DNA of 64,000 bases from a virus: IMG/VR virus record IMGVR_UViG_3300037797_000117, positions 32,001 through 96,000 of that record. One strand, given 5' to 3'. The position numbers and the translations under genes were made by a program. A model generated the notes under the pieces. That model searched no databases and was not told where the DNA came from. It worked only from the letters and a program-made list of their open reading frames with translations. Of this stretch, positions 37,738 through 46,106 are shown piece by piece (the stretch's first letter is position 1; every line of letters starts with the position of its first letter).

Positions 37738-38220
37738 ATGCACAAGCCCCGCACCACGATGTTGAGCTGGGACTGGAAAGAACAGCCGGACCTGGACACG
37801 CTGGGCCGCGTTATAACCACCATGTCCAACGGAACGGTCCACCTGCACCAGGTCGACGACGGCACCGACAACATCACCATCCTCCTGTCCGACACCCCCC
37901 TCGACGCGCGGGCCGTCCTGGACGCCTACGACGCGGCCTGCGAACCGCAGGCCGGCACCGACCTTGTCGAGCTGTGGCTGATGCACGACACGATCACCCC
38001 GTACGAGGTTCGGGAGGTGTGGACCAACTGGGCGCGTGCCCTCATCCCCCCGGTCGGTCGGGTGCTGTACCTGAGCACCTTCGGTCCCGGCAACAGCTCC
38101 GGAACCTGGAAGATCAGGTCGGTTGAGCAGGTCCGGCCCGACGCCTACCAGGTCACCCTCACCGACGTCGACCCGTCCGACCCGGACCCGCTGGAACCGA
38201 TCCGGCGCCCGGAAGCCTGA
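37738..38220 (+). CDS. Hypothetical protein
   Basis: RBS GAGGAGG; SWDWKEQPDLDTL motif; hairpin 38246-38278 follows. Confidence 0.7.
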   Translation: MHKPRTTMLSWDWKEQPDLDTLGRVITTMSNGTVHLHQVDDGTDNITILLSDTPLDARAVLDAYDAACEPQAGTDLVELWLMHDTITPYEVREVWTNWARALIPPVGRVLYLSTFGPGNSSGTWKIRSVEQVRPDAYQVTLTDVDPSDPDPLEPIRRPEA

Positions 38221-38299
38221 CTCCCCGGTCGTGCCGGCCAGACACGAAACGGCCCCCGCACCGCGCGGGGGCCGTTTCGCCATCTGCACACTCGTCATG

Positions 38300-38328
38300 T
38301 TGTTCCGTAACGCGGGTACGAGTATGGT
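38300..38328 (+). promoter_or_regulatory. Regulon promoter/operator copy 11
   Basis: TTGTTC-cgtaacgcgggtacgag-TATGGT. Confidence 0.8.
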
Positions 38329-38379
38329 CGTTGACACGGGCGACCACGTCGCGGCCCCCCGAAACGCAGGAGGACCCCC

Positions 38380-38982
38380 ATGGGCGCAGACAAGATGACC
38401 CCGCAGGAAGCCTTGGAGATCATGGCATACGACATTGCCGACATGATCAGCCGCTGCGACGGCTACGACGGCCTGATCCCCGACGACAAAGCCACCCAGG
38501 ACGACCTGATCACAGCCCTGCCGGTCCTGTTCCGCGCCCTCGGCTTCGACCCGTTCCAGGAGGTTACGCCGGCCGACTGGATTCCCCAGCCCGGCAACCG
38601 GGTGGTCCACCTGCACTACCCGGAGCCCCGCCAGGTGTGGATCGTCGTCAAGGTGTTCTACCGGGCCGCCCCCGGCGCCGACACCTACCGCGTTGCGGAG
38701 GTCCACGCCGAGAAGACCCCGACCCGGCAGAACATCTTCCGCGCGGAGTTCCTGGCACCGGCCCCCGCCCGCGTTGAGCCGGTTCCGGCGAACAAGGGGG
38801 GCGGAAAGAACAACTCCGCTCCGTTCATCGCGCACTGCTGCAACCCCGAACGCCCCGGCAAGCCCCTCGGCTGGGGCCGGCTGGCCCCCCTCGGTGACTG
38901 CCCCCGCTGCGACGAGCTCCGCGCCGGAGCCGCCCCCCGCCCGGCCCCGGCGTGGACCCGCAAGTCCAACGGCACCTCGTGA
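38380..38982 (+). CDS. Hypothetical protein
   Basis: RBS AGGAGG; C-terminal CPRCDEL motif. Confidence 0.65.
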   Translation: MGADKMTPQEALEIMAYDIADMISRCDGYDGLIPDDKATQDDLITALPVLFRALGFDPFQEVTPADWIPQPGNRVVHLHYPEPRQVWIVVKVFYRAAPGADTYRVAEVHAEKTPTRQNIFRAEFLAPAPARVEPVPANKGGGKNNSAPFIAHCCNPERPGKPLGWGRLAPLGDCPRCDELRAGAAPRPAPAWTRKSNGTS

Positions 38983-38996
38983 AAGGCGAGCCCACC

Positions 38997-39284
38997 GTGA
39001 AAACCCTCCGCGACACCCTGACCGAGGCGTGGAATGCCCTGTTCGCCCTGCTCGCCGTCGTGCTTGCCTGCGCCATGCTGGTCGCCTTCGGCGCCGGCAT
39101 CGTCGCCTACGTCCGGGACGCCAACGTCGTTGTACCGGTCATGCTCGGCATCGGCCTGCTGGTGCTGGCCGTGGCCGCCCGGGTCCTGTCCCGTATCGAC
39201 GAATATGAGTACGTCCCTGTTACCACCACAACCCGCCGCGGCGGCACCCGTCGCCGCCCCACCAGGAAGGCAACGACGTCATGA
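38997..39284 (+). CDS. Small 2-TM membrane protein
   Basis: Two hydrophobic helices. Confidence 0.6.
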   Translation: MKTLRDTLTEAWNALFALLAVVLACAMLVAFGAGIVAYVRDANVVVPVMLGIGLLVLAVAARVLSRIDEYEYVPVTTTTRRGGTRRRPTRKATTS

Positions 39285-39547
39285 GCTACGTCTACAGGCA
39301 GATCCACAAGCAGCACGCACCCGATCTGTTCACCGTCGGCCACTACGACCCGGACGGCAAATTCGTTCCGCAGAGCGACTACCACACGGAGCAGTCCGCC
39401 GCCGACCGGGTTCACTACCTCAACGGCGGTGACGTGGTTCGGTCCCGGCAGGATCTTATCGACCTGGTCGAAAAGACCGTCAATGCCGCAATCACGCGGC
39501 ACCTGAACAAAGAGCCGCATCTGTACGCCGACGGATCCAACCGCTGA
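39281..39547 (+). CDS. Hypothetical phage protein
   Basis: LFTVGHYDPDGKF...AADRVHYLNGG motif. Confidence 0.7.
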   Translation: MSYVYRQIHKQHAPDLFTVGHYDPDGKFVPQSDYHTEQSAADRVHYLNGGDVVRSRQDLIDLVEKTVNAAITRHLNKEPHLYADGSNR

Positions 39548-39605
39548 AGTTCCCAAACCAGCCTTCCCACACGTCCGACCGCCACAGACCCGAAAGGACA
39601 ATCCC

Positions 39606-40283
39606 GTGAACCGGACCGACCGCGAACGGTGGCGCACCGCCACCACCCTGCCCGCGCTCGGCGAGCTGTACGCCGAATTCCTCGAAGGCCACCTGCCCGA
39701 CGCCCCCGGCTGGTACGGCAGTGGGCCCGACCCGGAGACCGAGCCGCTGGTGCCGACCCTGGCCGCCCTGAACCGGGCCGGGTACGTCACCGTCGAGTCG
39801 CAACCCGGCGACTACGCCAGCTCCCCCCGCGGCGACCGGGTGTGGCGGCAACGCGCCGGCGTCGAGGGGTTCGCCGACTCCCTCACCTTGGAATGGCTGG
39901 CGGCGGCCCTGGCCGGCACCGACTACCTGATGATCGTGCAGACGACCCAGGCCCGCGGTGGCAGCGCCGACCCGCGCGAGATCAACCTCAACCAGGGCAT
40001 CGCCGTCACGACCCGCAACGGCCAGCCGGTCACCTGGTACGGCCGGCAGTTGACCCGCCGGTTCATGCGGGCCGAACTGTTCGGCCGGCACCTGTGCGGT
40101 GCCGCCCTGGATATTCTCGCCGCCGCGTGGCACGTCACCATCGTCGACCCGGTGTGGGACCGCAACACCCTGTGGCCGGTACTGGAACGCGCGACCAACC
40201 CGCAGCCGCTGACGGCGGCGGGCCGCGATTACCACCTGGCCCGGCTGGCCCCGCTCGACGCGGCAGCCTGCCCTGTTTCGTAG
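39606..40283 (+). CDS. DUF6919-like protein
   Basis: LAALNRAGYVTVESQPG, QRAGVEGFAD, AWHVTIVDPVWDRN. Confidence 0.65.
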   Translation: MNRTDRERWRTATTLPALGELYAEFLEGHLPDAPGWYGSGPDPETEPLVPTLAALNRAGYVTVESQPGDYASSPRGDRVWRQRAGVEGFADSLTLEWLAAALAGTDYLMIVQTTQARGGSADPREINLNQGIAVTTRNGQPVTWYGRQLTRRFMRAELFGRHLCGAALDILAAAWHVTIVDPVWDRNTLWPVLERATNPQPLTAAGRDYHLARLAPLDAAACPVS

Positions 40284-40328
40284 ACCTACCAAGTCCGACC
40301 GCCACCGTTTTGCAAGCGAGGTATCTCG

Positions 40329-40730
40329 ATGAGTACACGGACCGAGCCGGCGCCCGCCGTCGACGTTGACGCCGCCGCCCAGGCCGCCGATGACATCGCC
40401 GCGATGAACGCGGCGATCGACGCGGCGCAGCCGATGACCACAGCCAGGCAGGTCGCTGCCCGGTATGAGAAGACCATCGTGGGGAGACCGATTGCGTACT
40501 TCGCGGTATTCCAGGCCAACGGGCAGGCCTGGCCGCAGGTGCAGCAGGGTGAACGGAGCCTGCCCACCAACGTCGACCCGAGCGCGCTGGAGGATCTCAC
40601 CGCCCGGCTGATGGACGTGTTCGGCCGGGAGCGGCCGACCCGGATCGTGGTGACGGCGACGGCCGGCGGTCGCGGCCACGTCGCGGTGCGGGAGCGGTGG
40701 CCGGTCGGCGACGGCTACATTACGGTCTGA
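40329..40730 (+). CDS. Hypothetical protein
   Basis: RBS GAGG; followed by a 21-bp-stem terminator at 40733-40785. Confidence 0.6.
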   Translation: MSTRTEPAPAVDVDAAAQAADDIAAMNAAIDAAQPMTTARQVAARYEKTIVGRPIAYFAVFQANGQAWPQVQQGERSLPTNVDPSALEDLTARLMDVFGRERPTRIVVTATAGGRGHVAVRERWPVGDGYITV

Positions 40731-40826
40731 TCCAGACGAAGGAGGTCCCTCCCGGGTCGCGACCGGGAGGGACCTCCTTCGTCTGTGTGTGGTTGTGCGG
40801 ATGGCGCCAACCTCCACATACCGGTG

Positions 40827-40856
40827 TTGCGTCGTACCCCCGAAAGCCCGTACGGT
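40827..40856 (+). promoter_or_regulatory. Regulon promoter copy 12
   Basis: TTGCGT-cgtacccccgaaagcccg-TACGGT. Confidence 0.7.
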
Positions 40857-40896
40857 GTGAGGGTAGGTCCACCCACACACCGTGCGGAGGCAGGAC

Positions 40897-41559
40897 ATGG
40901 TCACCACCCTCGATCGGACGTTCCACCACCCGATCAGCCTGACCTGCTCCGACCACCGCAGCATGTCTCGATGGCCTACCTACGCGGCGGGTCTCGGCGA
41001 GCTGCTCAGGAGCTGTTGGGCCTGCGACGCGACGTGGAGGAACCTCCAGGACCCGAACGGGGACTGCTGGGCCCGTTCCCACCTCGACTGGCCACTCGAC
41101 GAGGTCATCGCGGGCACTGCCCACCACGAGGCTGCACACACCGTTGCCGTGCTCCTCGCCGGGCAGCGGGTGGACGAGGTCGTCGTGCGCCGGGATCCGG
41201 ACGTAGACGTCTCGACCGACCCATCCGGGTGGGTCAGATGGAATTCGACGCGGACCAAGGTCGACGTGATGGACCACCTGGTCGTGTGCTGGGCCGGGCA
41301 GATGGCAGGCCTTCGGTACCTGGAGGAGATCGGCCGGGACACCCCAACCGACCGGTTCGACATCATCCACGGTTCGTCCGACGACGCGGGCCAGGCCTAC
41401 AAGCTGGCCGCCGACCATGGCCTGCCGGAAGACGCCGGGATGCGCGCGGCCCGGCTGATCGTGCGAAGCGAGTGGGCCACGATCGCCCGGCTGGCCCGGG
41501 AGCTGTGCACCCGCGGCCGGCTGGACGACACCGAGGTGCGGGCCATCGTCGGGCTCTGA
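40897..41559 (+). CDS. Standalone Zn metalloprotease (M41/FtsH protease-domain-like)
   Basis: TAHHEAAH (HExxH), VCWAGQMA, GSSDD. Confidence 0.7.
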   Translation: MVTTLDRTFHHPISLTCSDHRSMSRWPTYAAGLGELLRSCWACDATWRNLQDPNGDCWARSHLDWPLDEVIAGTAHHEAAHTVAVLLAGQRVDEVVVRRDPDVDVSTDPSGWVRWNSTRTKVDVMDHLVVCWAGQMAGLRYLEEIGRDTPTDRFDIIHGSSDDAGQAYKLAADHGLPEDAGMRAARLIVRSEWATIARLARELCTRGRLDDTEVRAIVGL

Positions 41560-41607
41560 CCCGGCGGGTTCCGTTGTGCAGTTGGTGAACACCCCGACAT
41601 CACCATA

Positions 41608-41637
41608 TTGTGCCGTACCCCGGTTTCGATGTACTGT
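41608..41637 (+). promoter_or_regulatory. Regulon promoter copy 13
   Basis: TTGTGC-cgtaccccggtttcgatg-TACTGT. Confidence 0.8.
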
Positions 41638-41695
41638 CTGTCTATCGGCAGCGCGCCACACGGCAGCAGCGCCACAGACTTTCCGGGAGATCCCG

Positions 41696-42385
41696 ATGAC
41701 CACCAGCACCGCTACCCAGCAGGACAGCACCGCCGGAAACTTCACCTACTACATCGCCAGGACCATCGTTCTCGGCTTCGCCATCGGCTGTCTCTACTTC
41801 TCCTTCGACCACACCATCCACCTGGCCCACATGCTCGGCGCCACCGGCACCCAGGCCTACACCGCCCCCGCCTTCGTCGACGGCTTCATGTTGCTTGGCC
41901 GCCTCGGCATGAGCGCCAAGTTCGACGCCGCCACCAACAAGATCGGCCGCCGGATGATGGTCGTCGGCGCCCTGATCTCCCTCGCCGCGAACATCGCCGC
42001 CGGCCAGACCCTCGGCGGCCGCATTCTCGGCGCGGCCGTGGTGATCGGCTTCCTCGTGACCGAGTGGTACGCCGGCAAGCTCAAGCCCGCTCCCGCCCCG
42101 GCCCCGACCGTCACCCCCGACGAGCAGGCCGCGATCGACCTGGCCGCCAAGCGTTCCGCCGCCGCCCGCAAGGCCGCCGAAACCCGCAAGGCGAACCAGG
42201 CCGCCAAGCCCACCCGCAAGCCCCGCACCCGCAAGCCCGCCGCCGCCAAGACCCACCCGGTCGCCGCGATCCAGGCCCTGACCCCCCAGCAGATCAACGA
42301 CGCCCCGGTCTCCCCCGCCCCGTGGATGGGCCCGAGCCTGGTCATCGCGAAGACCACCGCTGACATCCGGAACCTGACCAACTAA
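41696..42385 (+). CDS. DUF2637/Spd-like 4-TM plasmid spread protein with Lys/Ala tail
   Basis: SFDH..HLA..LGA...PAFVDG...GALISLAANIAA; basic KAAETRK tail. Confidence 0.7.
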   Translation: MTTSTATQQDSTAGNFTYYIARTIVLGFAIGCLYFSFDHTIHLAHMLGATGTQAYTAPAFVDGFMLLGRLGMSAKFDAATNKIGRRMMVVGALISLAANIAAGQTLGGRILGAAVVIGFLVTEWYAGKLKPAPAPAPTVTPDEQAAIDLAAKRSAAARKAAETRKANQAAKPTRKPRTRKPAAAKTHPVAAIQALTPQQINDAPVSPAPWMGPSLVIAKTTADIRNLTN

Positions 42386-42456
42386 CCCAGCACCACCCCG
42401 GGGTCGGCACCCGCCGGCCCCGGGACTTCCCCCCGTTCCGAGAGGACACGCCCGAC

Positions 42457-42642
42457 ATGAACGAGGACAACGACCGCAGGCCGACCGCAGAGCAGACGAT
42501 CCGGATGGCAGCCCTTATCGCCGCCGCTGAGATTGCCCCCTCCGGCCTCGGGATCGCCCGCCTGACCGACACCGCGAGCATCCTGGCCGCGTGGATCACA
42601 ACCGGCCAACTTCCCCGGCCCGAGCCGGGCACCTACTACTAG
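42457..42642 (+). CDS. Small hypothetical protein
   Basis: RBS GAGGA. Confidence 0.55.
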   Translation: MNEDNDRRPTAEQTIRMAALIAAAEIAPSGLGIARLTDTASILAAWITTGQLPRPEPGTYY

Positions 42643-42670
42643 ACCGGACCGCACCCCGAAGGAGCCCACG

Positions 42671-42994
42671 ATGACCACCACGACCGCCACGACCTACGGT
42701 GCCGAGTTCGGATTCACCGCCCAGACCGACGGGATCAGGGCGTTCGTGAACGACGCCGGCTACACCGCCGACGAGGCCGGCGCCGTGTTCGATGCCTTGC
42801 TGGCCGCGTTCCGTTCCGTGGTCGACGGACGGCTCCCGGACGGGGTGTTGTGGCAGCCGATCACGAGCGAGTTCATCCACCCGGTCGACGTCGACCTGCC
42901 CGACCGGGACGAGATGACCGAGCTGTTCCGGGAGGCGTGGGCCGCGACCGCAGATCGGATCGAGGCGATCGAGTCGGAGGTTCTTGGCGCCTGA
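42671..42994 (+). CDS. Hypothetical protein
   Basis: RBS AAGGAG; terminator hairpin at 42995-43042. Confidence 0.65.
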   Translation: MTTTTATTYGAEFGFTAQTDGIRAFVNDAGYTADEAGAVFDALLAAFRSVVDGRLPDGVLWQPITSEFIHPVDVDLPDRDEMTELFREAWAATADRIEAIESEVLGA

Positions 42995-43051
42995 ACACAC
43001 AGCGACGCCCCCCCGGGATCCCGGGGGGCCGTCGCTGTGTGTAACGAGGAT

Positions 43052-43179
43052 CGTCCGTACGTACGGACGGACGTACGGTTCCACCAAAAACAAGGGAGGG
43101 GGGTCTTACGCGAGCCCAGGGCCCCCTCTGAGGGGGGCGTACGTCCGTACGTACGTACGTCCGTACGGACAACCGTACG
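43052..43179. repeat. CGTACG/GTCCGTAC repeat cluster (candidate cis-acting transfer locus)
   Basis: Nine CGTACG in about 125 bp; GTCCGTAC x3 forward and x2 reverse. Confidence 0.7.
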
Positions 43180-43237
43180 ATACTCACGGTGACATGTCGG
43201 TGGGCGGGGGCATGCCGTCCGACAACCGTGGGAAGCG

Positions 43238-43549
43238 CTATTCCTGAACTTCGTTGCCGCCGTCCGCATGCCCGTCGACCGGGTCTGTCTGGTCCGCGCG
43301 GCTGCGTTCCTGCCCGGCCAACTGGGCCTCCAGCTCGCGGCGTTTCGCCAGAGCAGCAGAGCGGGGGATCCGCGCCCACCGCTTGTCACCCAGCCGGACG
43401 TGCAGCAGTTCTGGCGGGTCGCTGCCGATCATCGCGATGACCTGCCGGCGGGTGGTGCCGTAGCCGATGACCGCCGCCGCCTCCCCTGTAGTCAGCATTT
43501 CGCCTTCCCACGCGGGATGGTCCTGGTCGGGTACCGGCGTATCCGTCAT
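43238..43549 (-). CDS. Excisionase-like HTH regulator, divergent from the transfer operon
   Basis: MLTTGEAAAVIG...RQVIAMI...WARIPRSA. Confidence 0.7.
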   Translation of the reverse strand: MTDTPVPDQDHPAWEGEMLTTGEAAAVIGYGTTRRQVIAMIGSDPPELLHVRLGDKRWARIPRSAALAKRRELEAQLAGQERSRADQTDPVDGHADGGNEVQE

Positions 43550-43644
43550 AAGCACGTTTGCCCCCTTCGTTCCTGGTGTGGCCGGTCGCCGGTTCGCGTC
43601 CGGCCGACCGCACACACGTCCACGATCAACTGTCCCCCACCGGT

Positions 43645-43715
43645 ATGACAAAGGTACCGAAGTTACCCGACATACCGAGTGACCAAAGCTGCCAAAGTTT
43701 CCGACAGTATGTCAT
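43645..43715. promoter_or_regulatory. Tandem 9-bp repeats in the divergent intergenic region
   Basis: CAAAGGTAC-CGAAGTTAC-CCGACA and CAAAGCTGC-CAAAGTTTC-CGACA, bracketed by ATGACA/TGTCAT. Confidence 0.55.
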
Positions 43716-43724
43716 GATGAGCGC

Positions 43725-45368
43725 ATGGAGCGGAACACCGAACACGGAGCGCCGAAGAGTGCCGAATCGGCCCCCGGCGGTACCGCAGTACCCGCGGTAC
43801 CGGTGACCCCCGGTACCGCGGTACCGGTACCGCCCGCGGCCCGGCCGGTACCGGCACACCGCGCCCCGGTACCGACGACCGACACCGGCGGTACCAGTAC
43901 CGACAGCGGTACCGGTACCGCCGGCCGGTACCGCTGGTACCACCGGCTCGGCCGCCGGTACCGCCACACCGGTACCGGTACTGCCACCGCCGGTACCAGC
44001 CTCGCGGTACCGGCCGACGGGGCAGTACAGGTCTTCGGTACCGGTACCGGCGACCTGGTACCGGCCGCCGGGTACCGGTACAACCCGGTCGGTACCGAAG
44101 CAACGATCCGGGCCCACCTGCGCGACCTGCCGGTGCCGGCGGCCGGTACCGCCCGTCGGCACCGCAAGGCGGCGACCGGCACCACCACCGAGCCGGTGAC
44201 CTTCCTCGGCCGGATCTTCAAAGCGATCAGCACCATCTTCGAGATCGCCCCCCTGGCCGCGCCCCTGTTCGCCTCCGGCTGGTTCACCTACCTCGTCGTC
44301 ACCGACGAGTACGGCCTGAGCCAGCCGTGGCCGATCGCGGTGACCATGGTGCTCGGCCTCGAAGGTGTCGTCTGGACCCTCGCCAAGCTGTACGAGCAGC
44401 GGCTGGTCGCCGGCCACTCCACCATCGCCGACCGGCTCGGAATCCTGTTCGTCGTCAGCGCCATCGGCAGCCTCATCTACTGGCACTCCATGGTCGAGGC
44501 CAAGGCCCGCACCGCCGAGGCCAGGGCCGCCGCCGTGCTGGCCGGCATCGACCCGGACTTCGTCGTCGCCGCCAAGGCCGACTGGCGCGGTGCCGCCGTC
44601 GCCGCGTCCATGAGCGCGCTCGGCGTGTTCGTGTACGGGCGTAGGGCCAGGTGGAACCGCCGTGTCGAGCTGGAAGCCGAAGGCCGCGTCGACATGCAGG
44701 CCCTGCGGATCGGTCTCTGGCAGTGGATCGTCTCCCCCTGGGAGTCGACCTGGTCGTTCCGCCACGGCATGAAGTACCGGATCAAGCGCCCCACGGACGC
44801 GGTACGGGACTGGCGGCTGTGGAAGGAGATGGGCAAGCCCAAGCTGTGGCCGCCGGCCATGACCGCCGGTACCACCGGCACCAGCACCGACGAGACGGTA
44901 CCGGTACCGGCGTGGATGCTCGCCGAGCTACTCGGCAACGCCGCCGGTACCGGTACCGGCGGGGACCTGGTCGGTACCGGGTACCCGGTACCGACCTCGC
45001 CCGGCCCGGCCGGTACCGGTACCGGCGGTACGAGCTACGTACCGGTACCGCCGGCGAGCGTTGGCGGTACCGCGACCCGTACCGCCTCCGGCCCGGCCGG
45101 TACCGGAGCGCGCGGTCCCGGCGGTACCGGTACCGGTACCGCCGGGGACTCGGTGACGATCAGCCAGTACCGGCAGCGCAACGCCCACCGTCTCGACAAG
45201 ATCCGTAAGGTGCTCGACGGTACCGACGGCCGGCCGGATTGGCGGCTCGCCCCGGAAGCCGACCTGACCCTGTCCGTCATCACGGCCGCCGGCGGGTTCA
45301 GCAACCGCACCGACGCCGCCCAGTGCAAGTCGGTCCTCCTGGCCGACCGGCAGCGGGAAGGCGGATAA
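43725..45368 (+). CDS. Spd-like 4-TM membrane protein with GGTACC-encoded low-complexity arms and possible C-terminal HTH
   Basis: Central TM helices; GT/VP/RY repeats on both sides; first gene of the transfer operon. Confidence 0.7.
   Translation: MERNTEHGAPKSAESAPGGTAVPAVPVTPGTAVPVPPAARPVPAHRAPVPTTDTGGTSTDSGTGTAGRYRWYHRLGRRYRHTGTGTATAGTSLAVPADGAVQVFGTGTGDLVPAAGYRYNPVGTEATIRAHLRDLPVPAAGTARRHRKAATGTTTEPVTFLGRIFKAISTIFEIAPLAAPLFASGWFTYLVVTDEYGLSQPWPIAVTMVLGLEGVVWTLAKLYEQRLVAGHSTIADRLGILFVVSAIGSLIYWHSMVEAKARTAEARAAAVLAGIDPDFVVAAKADWRGAAVAASMSALGVFVYGRRARWNRRVELEAEGRVDMQALRIGLWQWIVSPWESTWSFRHGMKYRIKRPTDAVRDWRLWKEMGKPKLWPPAMTAGTTGTSTDETVPVPAWMLAELLGNAAGTGTGGDLVGTGYPVPTSPGPAGTGTGGTSYVPVPPASVGGTATRTASGPAGTGARGPGGTGTGTAGDSVTISQYRQRNAHRLDKIRKVLDGTDGRPDWRLAPEADLTLSVITAAGGFSNRTDAAQCKSVLLADRQREGG
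43779..44150. repeat. GGTACC array 1 (about 22 copies)
   Basis: Hand count of the palindromic hexamer. Confidence 0.9.
44868..45224. repeat. GGTACC array 2 (about 17 copies)
   Basis: Hand count of the palindromic hexamer. Confidence 0.9.
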
Positions 45369-45506
45369 AGATCGGCTAGCTGAACGGTTCCACGCCCATA
45401 GACGTGACCCTGAGCATGATCGATGCTTTACCTGGCACCACACGTACCAACTAGCACCAACCTCCCCAAACAGCCCAGATCCCGACAAGAGGAAGACGCG
45501 ACCCCC

Positions 45507-46094
45507 ATGAAAATGCTGACGGCGCAGACCCGGGCCGAATGGCACCGAGGCAACCCCCTCCCCGAACACCCGGTCCGGTCCAAGCCGGCGAGGCCGACGT
45601 TCAGGTTCCTCGACACCCGGGCGTGGCGGCTCCACACCCGCGGCGTGTGGCTCCTCGTCGCCGCGTGCCTGCCCGCCCTGTTCCTGGTGGCGTTCTGGGT
45701 GACCGCCGACGAACTCGGCATGATCGGCTGGGGCATGACCACCGCGGCGGTCCTGATGGTCGCCGTGGCCACCCTGTCCCTGTGGGCCGCCCGCGCCGTC
45801 GAGAACGCCACCCGCAACCGGGCCGACCTGAACGCCGCCGCCGAGGACGCGTTCCTGGCCTTCGACGGTGTCGGACCGGACCTTCCCCCGCCGGCCGCGG
45901 CGGCCGCCGCACCCGTCCCGACCGGTCCGCTGCCGACGCCCGCACCGTGGGTCGGCCCGAACATCGTCTGGCCGACCCGGCAGGAAGACATCCACGAGTC
46001 CGGCCGCGAATACGACGACTACGCGGAGCAGGTCACGGCGGAGGTCGCCGACCCGGCGCCCGCCGCCGGCCCGGCCCGACCCACCCGCCTGTAA
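45507..46094 (+). CDS. 2-TM membrane protein, transfer operon
   Basis: RBS GAGGA; two hydrophobic helices. Confidence 0.65.
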   Translation: MKMLTAQTRAEWHRGNPLPEHPVRSKPARPTFRFLDTRAWRLHTRGVWLLVAACLPALFLVAFWVTADELGMIGWGMTTAAVLMVAVATLSLWAARAVENATRNRADLNAAAEDAFLAFDGVGPDLPPPAAAAAAPVPTGPLPTPAPWVGPNIVWPTRQEDIHESGREYDDYAEQVTAEVADPAPAAGPARPTRL

Positions 46095-46106
46095 CCCGAC
46101 CAAGAG

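Noticed and set aside
43626-44765. Overlapping reverse ORFs with the same GT/VP/RY repeats
   Set aside because: An artefact of palindromic GGTACC arrays reading the same on both strands
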